Shown here: positions 38,189-51,981 of the stretch, piece after piece | Layout of the letters: each line of letters begins with the position of its first letter | Numbering within the stretch: the stretch's first letter is position 1 | Assembly (NCBI GenBank): GCA_951406725.2 | Contig: OX597823.1 | Location: 4,774,001-4,838,000 of the forward strand | From: Octopus vulgaris | Lineage: Eukaryota | DNA length: 64,000 nt | Reading direction: 5' to 3' | Program-made: the position numbers and the translations under genes | The notes under the pieces: model-generated | Database searches by the model: none | What the model saw: the letters and a program-made list of their open reading frames with translations, nothing else | What the model was told of the DNA's origin: nothing

Positions 38189-38417
38189 TTAACCCTTTCA
38201 TTACTGTATTTATTTTGAGATGCTCTGTGTCTCTTTCAATCAATTTTAAATATAACAAAGAATTTAGTAAAATAACTTAGTTATCATTCAGCCAGTGTTA
38301 GGAATATTAATTGTGACTAAGGTTTGGTGGAAGGTTTTAATTCAAAACTTATGAAAACAAGACATTTGTACTGCAGAGCCAGAGCTGGTTGCAGCTGGCT
38401 TGGTAACGAAAGGGTTA
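38189..38417. mobile_element. TTAA-flanked MITE family 2 (also ~3086-3320, 22782-22882, 27250-27375, 27480-28160, 29080-29290, 29404-29605)
   Basis: TTAACCCTTTC...GAAAGGGTTAA; shared gaatttagtaaaataactt and gaaggttttaattt blocks. Confidence 0.7.
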
Positions 38418-38991
38418 AGCGTTTTGCCTGGTGTGCTAACAGTTCTGTTATCTCATCACCTTATGTATATAAATGTCGTATGAACTGGTATTCTGACAAA
38501 CACGTATTTCACATGAACTATCAATCTAGTATCATTGAATCTTTATTCTTTATCAATTTCATCATAAGTATTTTCCTTAAATTTCTTTAAATATTTCTTA
38601 TTAGAAAGTGGTAAAGACGCAAAAAAGAATGAGGAAATTATTGTTTATAAATCAAGGATTTTTAAAATTAATTATACTTTTTAATTATATTTAAAAAATT
38701 TATAAGGTGAAAGTCAATAAGTTAAAGAATAATTCTATGAACAGGGCAATGATGTAATATGTTTGTCATCTCCTACTCTTATCCATGCTAACATGGAGAG
38801 AAAAACCAGGCATAAACACAAATGAACAGAGTTGATGAAATAAGTACCAGCTGTGTACTTGGGTCAAATTAATCAGCTGCTTACTTTCATCAAATTTCTG
38901 GTTTTGGTTCTTCAGGGAAAACTTTCTAACACTTGGTTTAACTATGATGTTTCTGCACTGTCTTTCCTCATGGAATTTCTTTCTCTTGCAG

Positions 38992-39157
38992 GACGTCTGT
39001 GTGTCCCAGCTGTGACATCAAGTACCCACCATGCATTGTGAGCGGACGAACGATTATGGACTACCACTACTGGATGTGCAACAGCTGCAAACACCGTGCA
39101 TATGAATCAGAAATAGTGCAACGCCAAACATGTCCTCTGTGCCACTCACCATTCTAA
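38992..39157 (+). CDS. WDR35: WDR35 terminal coding exon (zinc finger)
   Basis: ttctcttgcag|; TSVCPSCDIKYPPCIVSGRTIMDYHYWMCNSCKHRAYESEIVQRQTCPLCHSPF* (cf. [21 protein letters not shown]...CPLCHSP). Confidence 0.96.
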
Positions 39158-39164
39158 CAAAATA

Positions 39165-39170
39165 ATTAAA
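39165..39170 (+). promoter_or_regulatory. possible polyadenylation signal ATTAAA
   Basis: ATTAAA 8 nt after the WDR35 stop; may be chance in AT-rich DNA. Confidence 0.25.
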
Positions 39171-39197
39171 AACACACTATATATATGTATAAATATA

Positions 39198-39238
<41 letters not shown>

Positions 39239-39408
39239 TCATATATATATATGTACATACACATGTGTGTGTGTGTGTGTGTGCGTGTGTATGTAATATA
39301 TATATGTATATATATATGTTTGTATATATACATGTGTATGTATATATGTGTGTGTGAATGTATGTATGTGTATATATATATATATATATATGTATGTATA
39401 TATATACA

Positions 39409-39460
<52 letters not shown>

Positions 39461-40239
39461 CATGTATGTATGTATGCATGTGTGTATGCATATACATATA
39501 TGTGTTTGGGGGTTTGTGTAAGCATGTATATGTGTGTATATAAACATGTACAAATACCTACATATATACATACACTTACAGATGTATGTGTGTGTGTGCA
39601 TGTGTGTATATAGACATGTGCCTAAGTATCTCAGTTGATCACTCTCTTACCATAATACTAGATAGCAGCAGAGAAGTGAAGGCCTTCATTCAACTCCTCT
39701 GTTCCCAAACAAAGAGATAGAATACAAGGCAAAATATATTTATTTCATGGTTTATTATTATTGTTATTAAATTGCTCACACCAAATACAAGTCTTATTTT
39801 CATTTCTTCATTTGTCTCTGAAGACTCTTTTTTTCCATTTCATATTTTCATTCTCTACATATTCCCCTCTTTACACATCTCTATCCTATGTACCAGATGC
39901 CTAAGTGTAAGTGTGTGTGTGTGTGTTTGTACTTGTGTGGCTGGGTGGTACGGAGTTTGGTTCCCCATCACGATTCTGGGTTCAGTTCTGTTGTGTGAAA
40001 CCTTAGGCAGGTGCCTTCCACTATAGCCCCAGGATGACCAAAACCCTGTGAGAGGATTTGGTTGACAGAAACTGAAAGAAGCGTTTCTATTTATATATAT
40101 GTATGTATGCATGTACAGATGGATGGATGGGCATTACCAGGATGGCAGCAAGGTGCAGACAACTAGCATGATGGATACTAAGGTCCTTCAAAACAAGAGA
40201 CCAAGAAGTTACGTTGACCCTGTGGAGGACTTTTGTTCT

Positions 40240-40720
40240 CAGCTGCCTGGACTATTGCTCTCAGCCACATAGTGCTAAACTAACAGCGGAGCTTGAAGCA
40301 ATCCAATGCCACTACACTAAAAAGATCGAAACAGTGCAGTGCAGGAGCTACAAGGAGAGGCTGAGAAACTGCGACTTTACTCCCTGAAGTGAAGGCACAA
40401 CAGATATGTAATAATCTTTGTATGGCACTCTAGAAGGGCCAGTACCCAATTTTGGCATTGAATGTTATACAAATGCTAGAACTGGACACCATTGTATTGT
40501 ACCAAGGGTACCAGCCACTCCATCTGAATTCAGGACCAGGCACTGCAATAACTTGGGTTCAAAGGCCCACAGCTCTTCAATATCCTGCCACAAAAATTAA
40601 GAAATTTGCATAATGTGGAACTAGACATCCTCCTCTCCAAAATACCGGATGAACCAATGGCACAGCATGAGGTACTGATGAGGCCAGTGAAATCAAATTC
40701 CCCCAAACACCAAATGGGAC
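40240..40720 (+). mobile_element. CR1-group LINE remnant
   Basis: DYCSQ...ELEAIQCHYTKKI...YKERL..LRLYSL..R..RYVII..W..LEGPVPNFG...GPQLFNILP with frameshifts. Confidence 0.75.
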
Positions 40721-40955
40721 AATGGCACCTTCAGGAGTGCTGATGTAAAACCCTCTGCCTGAGGAAATCAGCAAAACCATGATGGTTCTGCAGCATGGCT
40801 GGAATGAATAACAAATATACATTTTATTTATATTTTATTTTGCACTTTACTTAATCATTGGTATATTTTTTATTTAATATTTCTATTATATGTAATTTTC
40901 TCGATGGTGTAATTTAATTTTTTCTTTTTGAATTGATAAAAGGTGGTTTTTTCTA

Positions 40956-41028
<73 letters not shown>

Positions 41029-41383
41029 TTCTTTTATTTGTTTCAGTCATTTGATTGCAGCCATGCTGGAACACTTCCTTTAGTTGAAAAAAATTGACCC
41101 CCAGGACTTTTGTCAAGCAATGGTTGGGGAATAAACACACACACACATACACCCACATACTACGAGCTACTTTCAGTTTCTGTCTACCAAATTCACTCAC
41201 AAGGCATTGGTTTGCTCGAGGTTATAGTAGAAGACACTTGCCCAAGGTGCCACGTAGTGAGACTGAACCTGGAACCATATGGTTGGGAAGCAAACTTCTT
41301 ATGTGTGTGTGTGTGTGTGTATATGTATATATGTGTATATGTATAAGTATATATATATGTATGTATATGTATGTATGTGTGTG

Positions 41384-41449
<66 letters not shown>

Positions 41450-41650
41450 GGAGTAAACACATAAATGTGAAACAAGGTGGAAAAAAGAGTACTCAAATAC
41501 CAGTGGTAGAGTATATATATATATATATATACATATATATATAAAATAATTAATATTAATATTAGGGAAGTTATTTCCGAGTCCACAAGGGAGAGAAGTT
41601 CAATTTAGTGGTACTAAAATGAATTACTCACTGTATTATATACATATAAA

Positions 41651-41951
41651 TAGATAGGTTTAAGCGAAGAATCACCCTCAAGCAACTCAATCATCATTGA
41701 ATGACATTATCCACAATATGTACATACTCTTACTCTTTTACTCTTTTACTTGTTTCAGTCATTTGACTGCGGCCATGCTGGAGCACCGCCTTTAGTCGAG
41801 CAAATCAACCCCAAGACTTATTCTTTGTAAGCCCAGTACTTATTCTATCGGTCTCTTTTGCCGAACCGCTAAGTGACGGGGACGTAAACACACCAGCATC
41901 GGTTGTCAAGCAATGCTAGGGGGACAAACACAGACACACAAACACACACAC

Positions 41952-42007
<56 letters not shown>

Positions 42008-43356
42008 GACAGGCTTCTTTCAGTTTCCATCTACCAAATCCACTCACAAGGCATTGGTTGGCCCGGGGCTATAGCAGAAGACACTTACCCAAGATGCCAC
42101 GCAGTGGGACTGAACCCGGAACCATGTGGTTGGTTAGCAAGCTACTTACCACACAGCCACTCCTGCGCTATAGGGCTAAATATTAAAATTATCAAAATTA
42201 ATGCCTATTATTCTTAAAAGCTAAAATAAGACTGATCAACACCCAGGATGAATGAAAAATTAAATGTAAACATAAACTGAATTGCCTATTTAATAAGATG
42301 AGATAACATTTGATTCTTTTAGAAAATAAATAAAACCCTAATTTTAAATCAAATAAATTTTAATCATGATAATTAGATATAATGTATAATCATATTTTAT
42401 TATTTAGTATAACTAGACTATATCTACTTATTTATATATAAATGTAAGATACTATTTAATTAACTTCTAATTTCAGATATTTTAGTTTCTTAATAAAAAT
42501 CTATAGTATAATATTAAATGGTATTATTCTAAACTTTTAATCTTAATTTAGAAACTCAAGTTTAAGAATAACGTCAATTTTAAGAACAATAGTATAATCG
42601 ATAGATATTAACTGTATTATAATTATAAAAATAATGAAAAAAATTAGACTTTTACTGATGTTTACTAATTTTACTGACTTTTACTTGTTTCAAAATATTT
42701 TTAAATATTTTAAAATTACATGTTGAGTAATTTAGTTTACCTATTTACTGACCTAGAAATTTATTGTTTATAAAAATTAACATAAAAATAAATTAAATTA
42801 ACCAGAAAAAAAAGACTATTCCCATCATACACTCACTTCTGGCTTTCTCCTGATTTATTCTTATTACAAATAATAGAAAATACCTTTTAAGAACTTTTAA
42901 ATGTTAATAAGAATTATCTCCCCTAAAAAGTAGAGAAAATTACCATACAGATAAGTTAATATTTCTTTTTACTAACACTTCTTTTTCCTACTTTTATTCC
43001 ACATTTCTGTTCATTATTTACTAAAGTAAAATTATTCCAACAATTTCTAGTTATATATAATTTTAGTTTGTCATGTCTTAATATAGGATGTAAATAGCAA
43101 AATAGACCTGAAGATTGGCAATATAATCGTTTTAATATGGTATTGTATTTCGAGACCTTCTATTTCAGCAATATCAAGGAATACGTTGTCATGAAACGCG
43201 TATAGTCTAGATAATGCAAAATATATAAATTGTAATAAGAATTGAAGGTATTAATTTTGATAATTTTAATATTTAGTCCTATATGTACATATTGTGGATG
43301 TCATTCAATGATGATTGAGTTGCTTGAGGGTGATTCTGTCTCTTAAACCTATCTAT
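41651..43356 (+). mobile_element. Penelope-like element with inverted partial terminal repeat, interrupted by a SINE
   Basis: 41651-41726 plus 42168-42206 is an inverted copy of 43247-43356; hammerhead at 43103; TA-rich flanks. Confidence 0.62.
43103..43209 (+). ncRNA. type I hammerhead motif (Penelope-like pLTR)
   Basis: TAGAC CTGAAGA tTGGCAAT...GTTGTCAt GAAA CGCG TA ta GTCTA; palindromic stem III ACGCGT. Confidence 0.68.
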
Positions 43357-43687
43357 ATATATGTGTGTGTGTGTGTGTGTATATATGTATATATATATAT
43401 TCTTTTCATTTATTCTTTTGTTTCAGTCATTTGACTGTGGCCATGCTGGAGCACTGCATTTAGTCAAGCAAATCGACACCAGGACTTTTTCTTTGTCAGC
43501 CTAGTACTTATTCTATTGGTCTCTTTTGCCGAACTGCTAAGTTACAGAGACGTAAACACACCGGCATTGGTTGTCAAGTGATGGTGGGGGACAAGTGCAG
43601 ACACACAAGCATACACACACACACACACGCATATACATTCGCGCAAACACATATACATACATACATACATATATACATATTTACATA

Positions 43688-44598
43688 CTACCTAGGTGAC
43701 CAAGTTAGGAATGGGGATGGATGGTCAGAGAGTGTTACCACTAGAATAAGAATAGCCTGGGCAAAGTTTAGAAAGCTTCTTCCCCTACTGGCGACAAAGG
43801 GTCTCTCGCTCAAAGTGAAAGGTAGATTGTACGATGCATGTTTGCGAACTGCCATGCTTCACGGCAGTGAAACATGGGCCGTGACTGCGGAGGACATGCG
43901 TAGGCTCGAAAGAAATGAAGCTAGCATGATCTGCTGGATGTGTAATGTCAGTGTCTATGCACAACAGAGTGTAAGTGCCCTGAGAGAAATGTTGGACATA
44001 AGAATCATCGGATGTGGCATGCAGGAGAGACGTTTGTGTTGGTATGGTCATGTACTACGGATGGATGAGGAGAGATGTATGAAGAAGTGCCACTCCCAAT
44101 CAGTGGAAGGAATCTGGGGTAGAGGTAGACCCAGGAAGACATGGGATAAGGTGGTCAAACATGACCTTCGTATGTTGGGCCTCACAAAGGCAATGACAAG
44201 AGACTGACACCTTTGGAGATATGCTGTGATTGAGAAGACCCAGCAAGTAAAGTGAGATCGCAGAGGTTATGACGAAACACCGAGACCTCTGGAGATATGC
44301 TGTGACTTCAAAGACCCGACAAATAGAGTGAGTTCATGGCTCGCAGGACGGCCTGCTGTGCTAACCTTGGTTCATAGGGCGACCGCTTTGCCAGCCTCCT
44401 CTGGCCCCTGTGCCGGTGACACATAAAAAGCACCCACTATACTCATGGAGTGGTTGACGTTAGGAAGGACATCCAGCTGTAGAAACACTGCCAGATCAGA
44501 CTGGAGCCTGGCACAGCTTCCTGGCTTCTCAGTCCCCGGTCAAACCATCCAACCCATGCTAGTATGGAAAACGGACGTTAAACTATGATGATGATGAT
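43688..44598 (+). mobile_element. 5'-truncated RTE LINE inserted in the microsatellite of a SINE
   Basis: YLGDQV...AWAKFRKLLPLL...GRGRPRKTW, 3' UTR and (GAT)n tail; SINE halves on both sides. Confidence 0.92.
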
Positions 44599-45882
44599 AT
44601 ATACACGATGAGCTTCTTTCAGTTTCTGTCTACCAAATCCACTCACGAGGCTTTGGTTGGCCTGAAGCTATATAGTAGAAGACATTTGCCCAAGGTGCCA
44701 CACAGTGGGACTGAACCCAGAATCATGTGGTTGGTAAGCAAGCTACTTACCACACAGCCTCTTCTGTGCCTGTAAAAATTTTATGTATATATTTACATAT
44801 ATCTATAAAACTTTCTCTTCTTGTTCTGAGAACATTCTTTTAGAATGTTACAGAAATTATATTCTCATTTACAATACATTTTCTTCCTTTTGTTTTTCTG
44901 TCTCATCTTTTGGACTGAAGGAATTTTTTTTTAATGTTTTTCTCTTGTAGTCTTTTCCATCTTTTTTCATTTGCCTCTTTTGACTCAATTATTCCAAGCG
45001 CTGAGCACATCCAATTTGAACAGTGGTACTTTCATGTGAATCTTGAGATTTTGTTTTAGATTCATTTGCATCTGCCAAGCATTATAACCTCGACTACAAT
45101 CAAAGTGCAACAATACCAACGATCAGGTTTCTCTTCTCACAAACGACCTCTTCTCTTGTACAAAACTTTTTTTCTTTAAAAACCAGTTTTTTTGTTTGTT
45201 TGTTTTACAAGTGGGGTTGAATAATGTTCTTGTTGTTGTTGTTGGTGGTGGTGGGGGTGATGGTGGGGTGGTGTGGTGATGGTGGTGGTGATGGACAGTT
45301 GTTTTAAATAAAAATTAAAACAAAAGAAAATGAAAAAAATTACAAAAGACTTTTTTACCCTCCAGTTTTTAGTTTAAAAAATTTTTTTGAGAGTGTAGTG
45401 AAGTGGTGTTGCTGGTTGTTGTAGGGATGGCGGTGGTGGTGGTGGTGCTGGTGGTGGTGGTGCTGCTGCTGGTGCTGGTGATGCTGCTAGTGGTGTTGGT
45501 GGTGGTGGAAGTGATGATGTTGCTGCTGGTGGTGTTGGTGGTGTAATAGTGACAGTGCTGGTGTTGTTGTTGTTGTTTGTGGTGATGGTGATTGTGATGG
45601 TGGTGTTGGTGGTTGTGATAGTAGTGCTGGTTCTAGTGCTAGTAGTAGTACTGGTGGTGGTGGTGGTGGTGGTTTTGGTATTGTTGTTGTGTTGGTTGCG
45701 GTGGTGCTAAAGTACTCAATTGTTTTTTTTTAAAAAGATGAAAGAAAAAAGAGAAAAAAAATTAAATAAAATTGCATTTTTTGCTCCCCAATTTTTTGTA
45801 TGTTTAAACTTCCCCGCCCTAAATCTGATTAATTTTATGTCAACTAAATTAACTTCTTAATATATTAATTAACATTCTCTGT

Positions 45883-46087
45883 TTAACATAGCATTTTTTC
45901 CTGACAATGGAATGATTGGTTACGTTGATAGTGAAACCACAGAGACCCCATTGTACTGGTTTGACCGATGGCACGGTAACTTGGTAACATGAATAAGAAA
46001 CAGGCAGATGGTGATAATACGAAGGGAGGTTGGTAGGGTGCTATCAGTTTCCTGCAATTGGGCTGATTACACTGTGTCACATGGAAT
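45883..46087 (-). CDS. candidate terminal exon of an unidentified minus-strand gene
   Basis: good acceptor ttttttcccctag, phase 2; FHVTQCNQPNCRKLIAPYQPPFVLSPSACFLFMLPSYRAIGQTSTMGSLWFHYQRNQSFHCQEKMLC*. Confidence 0.35.
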
Positions 46088-46637
46088 CTAGGGGAAAAAA
46101 TCTCAGGAAATTAGTGGCAGGGAAAAAATATTTACAGCACGCATGTGTGCGTGCGTGTATGAATGTATATACATACACATAGAGACAAACATGCATGCAT
46201 GGGTACATACATACACATACACACATGCACATCAATACACATGCACACAGGGACATAGATATATACCAGACACATGCATATACACATGAACTTACTCACA
46301 CACCACACATGCTATATATATATATATACATATACACACATGTGCATACAGGGACATACACTTGCATATATACATAGACACTGACACATGGACACACTCA
46401 TACGTGCACATCATACACACAAACATATACACAGAGACATAAACATGCACAAAAACACACACACACAAGTACTTGGCACATATGCATGCACAAGTACTTG
46501 GTACACACACACACACATACACATGTTCAGAGATACAACACACATGCATATACACATGCACACACGAATACACATACACATGGGGACATACACATATGCA
46601 TATTTTCAAGACTCTGTTTGAAACCCTTCAAAATGTG

Positions 46638-46696
<59 letters not shown>

Positions 46697-47313
46697 AAAT
46701 ACTGATAAAGAACCACAGCAAAATAAAAACAATAAATACAACAAACCCCAGTTTCCAGAGCACACCAGCCAAAAGTTTGGGGATAGTAAAATGAATATCT
46801 TTAGGTCCTATTTCAGAAACAGACAAACAAGCACCTCATCCCTTAACAGTGTCGACCTGTCATGCCACACCTTCATTGTGTGATGAAGAAGAAATAATTG
46901 TTATAGATGAAAATTCACAAATGTTCAGAGAAAATGAGGCTTGTAAGCACACAGGCATGGCTGTGTGGTTAAAGTTCACTTTGCAATCACTTAGTTTCAG
47001 GTTCAGTCCCACTGCACAGCAACTTGGGCAATTATCTTTTACTATGGGCCAGTGGTCCTCAACCAGAATCAGACAAACAAGCACCTCAGGGATCCCTGCA
47101 AAGATTTGTTGTTTAAAATTTATCTGCAATAGATTGGTTATACTTCTACAATGTGATGAAAACAAAATTTGTTATAGATGAATACAAATGTTCTAATAAT
47201 ATTTAATTATAAAAAGGCATGGCTGTGTGGTTAAGAAGTTCACTTTGCAATCACTTGGTTTCGGGTTCAGTCCCACTGCACAGCAACTTGGGCAATTATC
47301 TTTTACTATGGGC

Positions 47314-47563
47314 CAGTGGTCCTCAACCAGAATCCATATGGCCCTTAGGGATCCGTACAAGATTTTGTTGTTAAAATTTATCTGCAATAGATTGGTTATA
47401 CTTCTACAATGTATTTTAACAATTTTTTAAAAATAAAATTTCTAATAATATTTAATTACTAGACCTTAATATGATTTTTTAAGCACCAAATGGCTATGGG
47501 GGCCCATCTGAGTAAAGTAGAAATCTAAGGGGTCCATTGGTGAAAAATTGCTGAGAACTACTG
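47314..47563. mobile_element. hAT MITE within a SINE
   Basis: CAGTGGTCCTCAACC...GCTGAGAACTACTG; TSD-like ctatgggc/ctatagac. Confidence 0.65.
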
Positions 47564-48739
47564 CTATAGACCCAGTGTCTTTGTGCTTGTCCTTTCCTTC
47601 CACTTGACACCAGTGCTGGTTTGTTTACATCCCTGTTAGCAATTTGGCAAAAAATACCAATAGAATGAGTACTAGACCTTAAAATAAGTACTGGAGTCAA
47701 TTTGTTCAACTAAGCCCCTCAAGGCCCTAGCACAGCCACAGTCAAATTGACTGAAATGAATAAAAAGTTTTAAAAAATAAAAATAAAAATAATAAAAAAC
47801 ATAAAAAATTAAAAATATAAAAAACAAGGTAAATAAGAGAGGAGGAACAATTTCTTCCATATGGCAGTGAAGTCACTCCTCAGGAAAATAATGAAGAAAA
47901 TAAAGTAAACAAAAATAAATGGACATCTTTGAATAAAGAGAACCCAAGACAGTAAAAATTCACAAACTTCATATCAAATATACATTCCCATCATCAGCTA
48001 CCAAATGAGATATCACAATGGTTTCAACACCTGGGCCATACCACTCATTTGGGCCATGCCAACAGCATTAAGCCATAAGCACAGCTTGAGAATCAACAAA
48101 AATCATCTGCAGCAAAACATTAGCATAGTATGTCCATTATGCAACACCTACACACTACTACAAACAACTACATCGAATTAAGCAAACTAGCATTAACTTA
48201 TAGTCACAAACCCTATCTATAAAACAATGAACTTCTTCCCAAAAAAGCACACTGTGATCCTAAAATTATAGCACAAAAGAGAACTAGCAAATTAAACTTA
48301 TTGAGAAAACAAATATTCAACCACCGATACATAGCATGATAACACTAACATAAGGAACAACAAACCTAGAACTTAAGACACATAGACTAAGTAATGAACA
48401 TAGACTACAAGATATGTTGTTTCTCAGTCTATATCATATTGCAAACATGAAACCCACATCAAAAACAAGCCTTTTATAGACTGGTGGAACAGTAGATTTA
48501 TATTTATGCATGCATACAAGAAATGCTGAAACTGACTTTAGTTGAAAGAAAATACAGGAAGATCAGTCAATTGTGATTTTATTCAACAGATTCCCCTCTC
48601 AGATTCACACACTTATTGCAACAGACCTTCAGTTTTTCTAAGCTCTGTAAAAGAACTTGGAAGGTTGGTGGCCTCCAACCAGGCCTGTTGCAATACTCTT
48701 AAGGCCAGGAATTTTTCAGCACCCTCTTATATGTATAAA

Positions 48740-49136
48740 AATGAATTTTTACAAGAAAAAAGTTGATAGTGACTTTGAAGTTTCAGTTTGACAACAAGTT
48801 TTTGAAGTTGGCCCTTGTTTAGCCACTGCTTCTTCAGGTTAAGATTGCAGAAAAATACCTCCCTTGGATCTTTACTTATTCAATCCGTGGCTCACTTCCT
48901 GCACACATGACGCTTCATCAAACAAGAGGAGATGGAAGCTTCATTGAAGGAGTTCTTCACCTCAAAGGACAAGAACTGGCATCAGCATTGGATCAAAGAA
49001 CTTGCAGAAAGGTGGTTTCAGAGATGGGGCAACACAATGGCTTCTATACTTTGAATGCCAGACTACTTTTGTGGTAACTTGATGCATAAAGCAAATAAGT
49101 TACCAAAACATTGCAAAACTTTTGATTCAACACAAT
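48740..49136 (+). mobile_element. mariner transposase 3' remnant
   Basis: PLDLYLFQSVAHFL...LKEFFTSKDKNWHQHWIKELAERW; right TIR-like caaaacttttgattcaacacaat. Confidence 0.7.
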
Positions 49137-49137
49137 T

Positions 49138-49168
<31 letters not shown>

Positions 49169-49385
49169 CTTGGTTTTGTAATTGAAATAATAATCACCCT
49201 TTGTTAATGAAACATATGTAAGATGCTGTAACTAAATATCTTATAAACAATCTTTGATATTTTGTTTTATATATGTGTGTGTGTGTATGTATATATGTGA
49301 GTACGTGTATATGTATGTATATGTGTGTATGTGTGTGTGTATATATATATATATGTAATTATATATATATATATATGTATATATA

Positions 49386-49453
<68 letters not shown>

Positions 49454-49797
49454 TATACATATATATATATATACACACACATATACACATATATATATGT
49501 AAATGCCTATGCATAAATATGTGTATATGTATCGCTTTATATGTTTGTGTATGTGTGTGCATGTATACACACGTGTGTGTGTGTATAATTCCAGCTAGAA
49601 ATAAAACATAAGTAAATGTAACAATATATGGTTGTCTCGGTTCTTACAATGATGTAATATATATAAATATATATAAATATATATAAATATATTATAAAAT
49701 ATATTATAAAATATATATAGATATATTATAAAATATATATAAATACATAGAAATATATAATAGAATATTACAAAAAAAAAAGAAGAAATATACAAAC

Positions 49798-49986
49798 GCA
49801 CCAATTTTTGCTATCTTAGAACATATTTGAAACATGTAAACTGCGGAACCAACGCCACATGAATAATATGGTTTACAAACTTGTATAAACACGGCAGTTG
49901 TCAAGATCCTGGCTGTAACTGTTACATTGTAAAACCAAATACGACACAACAGGGCGTCATTGTACAATACACAACATGAAACAAAG
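49798..49986 (-). CDS. candidate Cys-rich exon of an unidentified minus-strand gene
   Basis: ccccacag|...gc|gtttgt; 189 nt, phase 2-2, FVSCCVLYNDALLCRIWFYNVTVTARILTTAVFIQVCKPYYSCGVGSAVYMFQICSKIAKIG; non-repetitive island. Confidence 0.33.
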
Positions 49987-51272
49987 CTGTGGGGTGTTTG
50001 TTTCTTCATTGTTTTGGGGTTTTTTTTTTATATTTCTTATTTGTTAACACAACCATCCTGATGTAGGTTCACCTTCTTCCCCTTGTCCCATCATCATCAT
50101 CATCATCATCATCGTCAAAACAGAAATAAAAACCCTGGAAAATAATACCATGGAATCTCTGTTGATTTCTAACATCATTGTTGTCACCATCGTTGTTGAC
50201 AATTTACATCATTGTTGTTTTCGTCATTGTTCTTGTCATCATCAACGTTGATGTTGTTGTCATCGTCGTCGTCGTCATCATCATCATCATCATCATCATC
50301 ATCGTTGTCATCATTGTCATTGCTGTCATTGCCATCATCAGCATCACCAACACAATCCTCTTCCTCCCCCTCCCTCACTCCTCCCTTCCTCCATCTCTCC
50401 CACCACCATCATCATCATTGTCATTGCTATCATTGTCATCATCAGCACACAATTCTCCCCCTCCTCCCTCCCTCCCTCCACCCCCATCATCATCATCATC
50501 ATCATCTATATCTTCATTTTAACATCCACTCCTCTCTATACGCACTGATGGGTCACAAAGAATTTGTTGAGGTTGATTTTTCTACAGCTGGATGCTCTTC
50601 CTGTCACCAATTTCGTCCCCCCCTCCACCACCGTTCCTTTTGCCAAGCAAGGTAGCTTTCACACTGACCCCTTCACACGTAACCAGCACAATGGCCAGAC
50701 CTGTCATCATGAAGTATTGCGATCAAATGAAACTCCATTCATGATGGTGACATTTGCTTACAATTAGAATGTTGTGATGTCAAGACAAGGAGACATACAC
50801 ACACACACACACACACTCACACACTCATACCAACACATACACACACAGATCTGTCTATCTATTTTTCTATCTATATCTCTCACTCCCTCTCTCTATATAT
50901 ATATAGATAGGTAGATAGATAAAAAGATAGAGAGAGAGGAAAAAGAAAGAGAGAGAGAAAGAAGGTCAGCCATACAGATATAGAAATAGTAAGCACTGAG
51001 GTAGGTTTGTTCTGCTAAATTCTTCAAGGTTGTTGCCCCATCATGGCCACAATCAAATGGCTGAAACAGGTAGAAGAGTGGCTGTGTGGTAAGAAGCTTG
51101 GTTCCCTACTACATAGTTCCAGGTTCAGTCCCACTGTGTGGCACCTTGGGCAATGATGGAACACACAGAAAATTCACACAAAAGATGTTGGACATGCTCT
51201 TTCCTCACCAGTCATCATCCGAAAATCATAACAATTTCACGCCTTTAACATGTACCTGTATATATATATATA

Positions 51273-51918
51273 TGCGCGAGAAGACCCGGCAGGACAAGTG
51301 AGTCCACAACCCGTGGCCTTCTACATGGGATGGAGCCAGCCTACGTATGCATACCTTCCCTTCTTGGGACACAAAACTCTACTTGTGAAGACGTGTTGAG
51401 GCAAGTGAGGATCAGAATCGAAATCGATCAATGGAAATTGCGGATGTGCTACCAGTGCCGGTGGCATGTCGAAACTCTGCTTGTGAAGACCCATTGAGGC
51501 AAATGAGGATCAGAATCGAAATCGATCAATGGAAATCGATCAATGGAAATTGCAGATGTGTTACCAGTGCCGGTGGCATGTAAGAGAACTTTCCGTTTCG
51601 CGACCGTTGCCAGCACCGCCCCATTTCGTGTCCGTTGCCAGCCTCGCCTGGCCCTCGTGCCGGTGGCACATAAAAAGCACCATCCGTTCGTGGCCGTTTG
51701 CCAGCTCTGTCTGGCACCAGTGCGGGTCGCACGTAAAAAGCACCCACTACACTCACGGAGTGGTTGGCGTTAGGAAGGGCATCCAGCCGTAGAAACACTG
51801 CCAGATTTGACTGGGCCTGATGAAGCCTTCTGGCTTCACAGACCCCAGTAGAACCGTCCAACCCATGCTAGCATGGAAAACGGACGCTAAATGATGATGA
51901 TGATGATGATGATGATGA
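51273..51918 (+). mobile_element. RTE LINE 3' end
   Basis: REKTRQDK* then 3' UTR repeats, aagcacccactacact...ggacgctaaatgatgatg; follows (TA)n. Confidence 0.9.
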
Positions 51919-51934
51919 TATATACAAGTATGCT

Positions 51935-51978
<44 letters not shown>

Positions 51979-51981
<3 letters not shown>

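Noticed and set aside
39166-39601. Many YI/HT/CV-rich ORFs here and throughout the window
   Set aside because: Products of TA/CA/TG dinucleotide repeats
42207-43100. Possible mitochondrial insertion (extreme AT content)
   Set aside because: No recognisable mitochondrial gene, tRNA or rRNA; the flanking inverted repeat and hammerhead fit a Penelope-like element better
49820-49980. + strand frames with a single in-frame TGA (also at ~45990) as selenocysteine candidates
   Set aside because: No SECIS or selenoprotein similarity recognised; the shared ACATGAATAA context is plausibly chance
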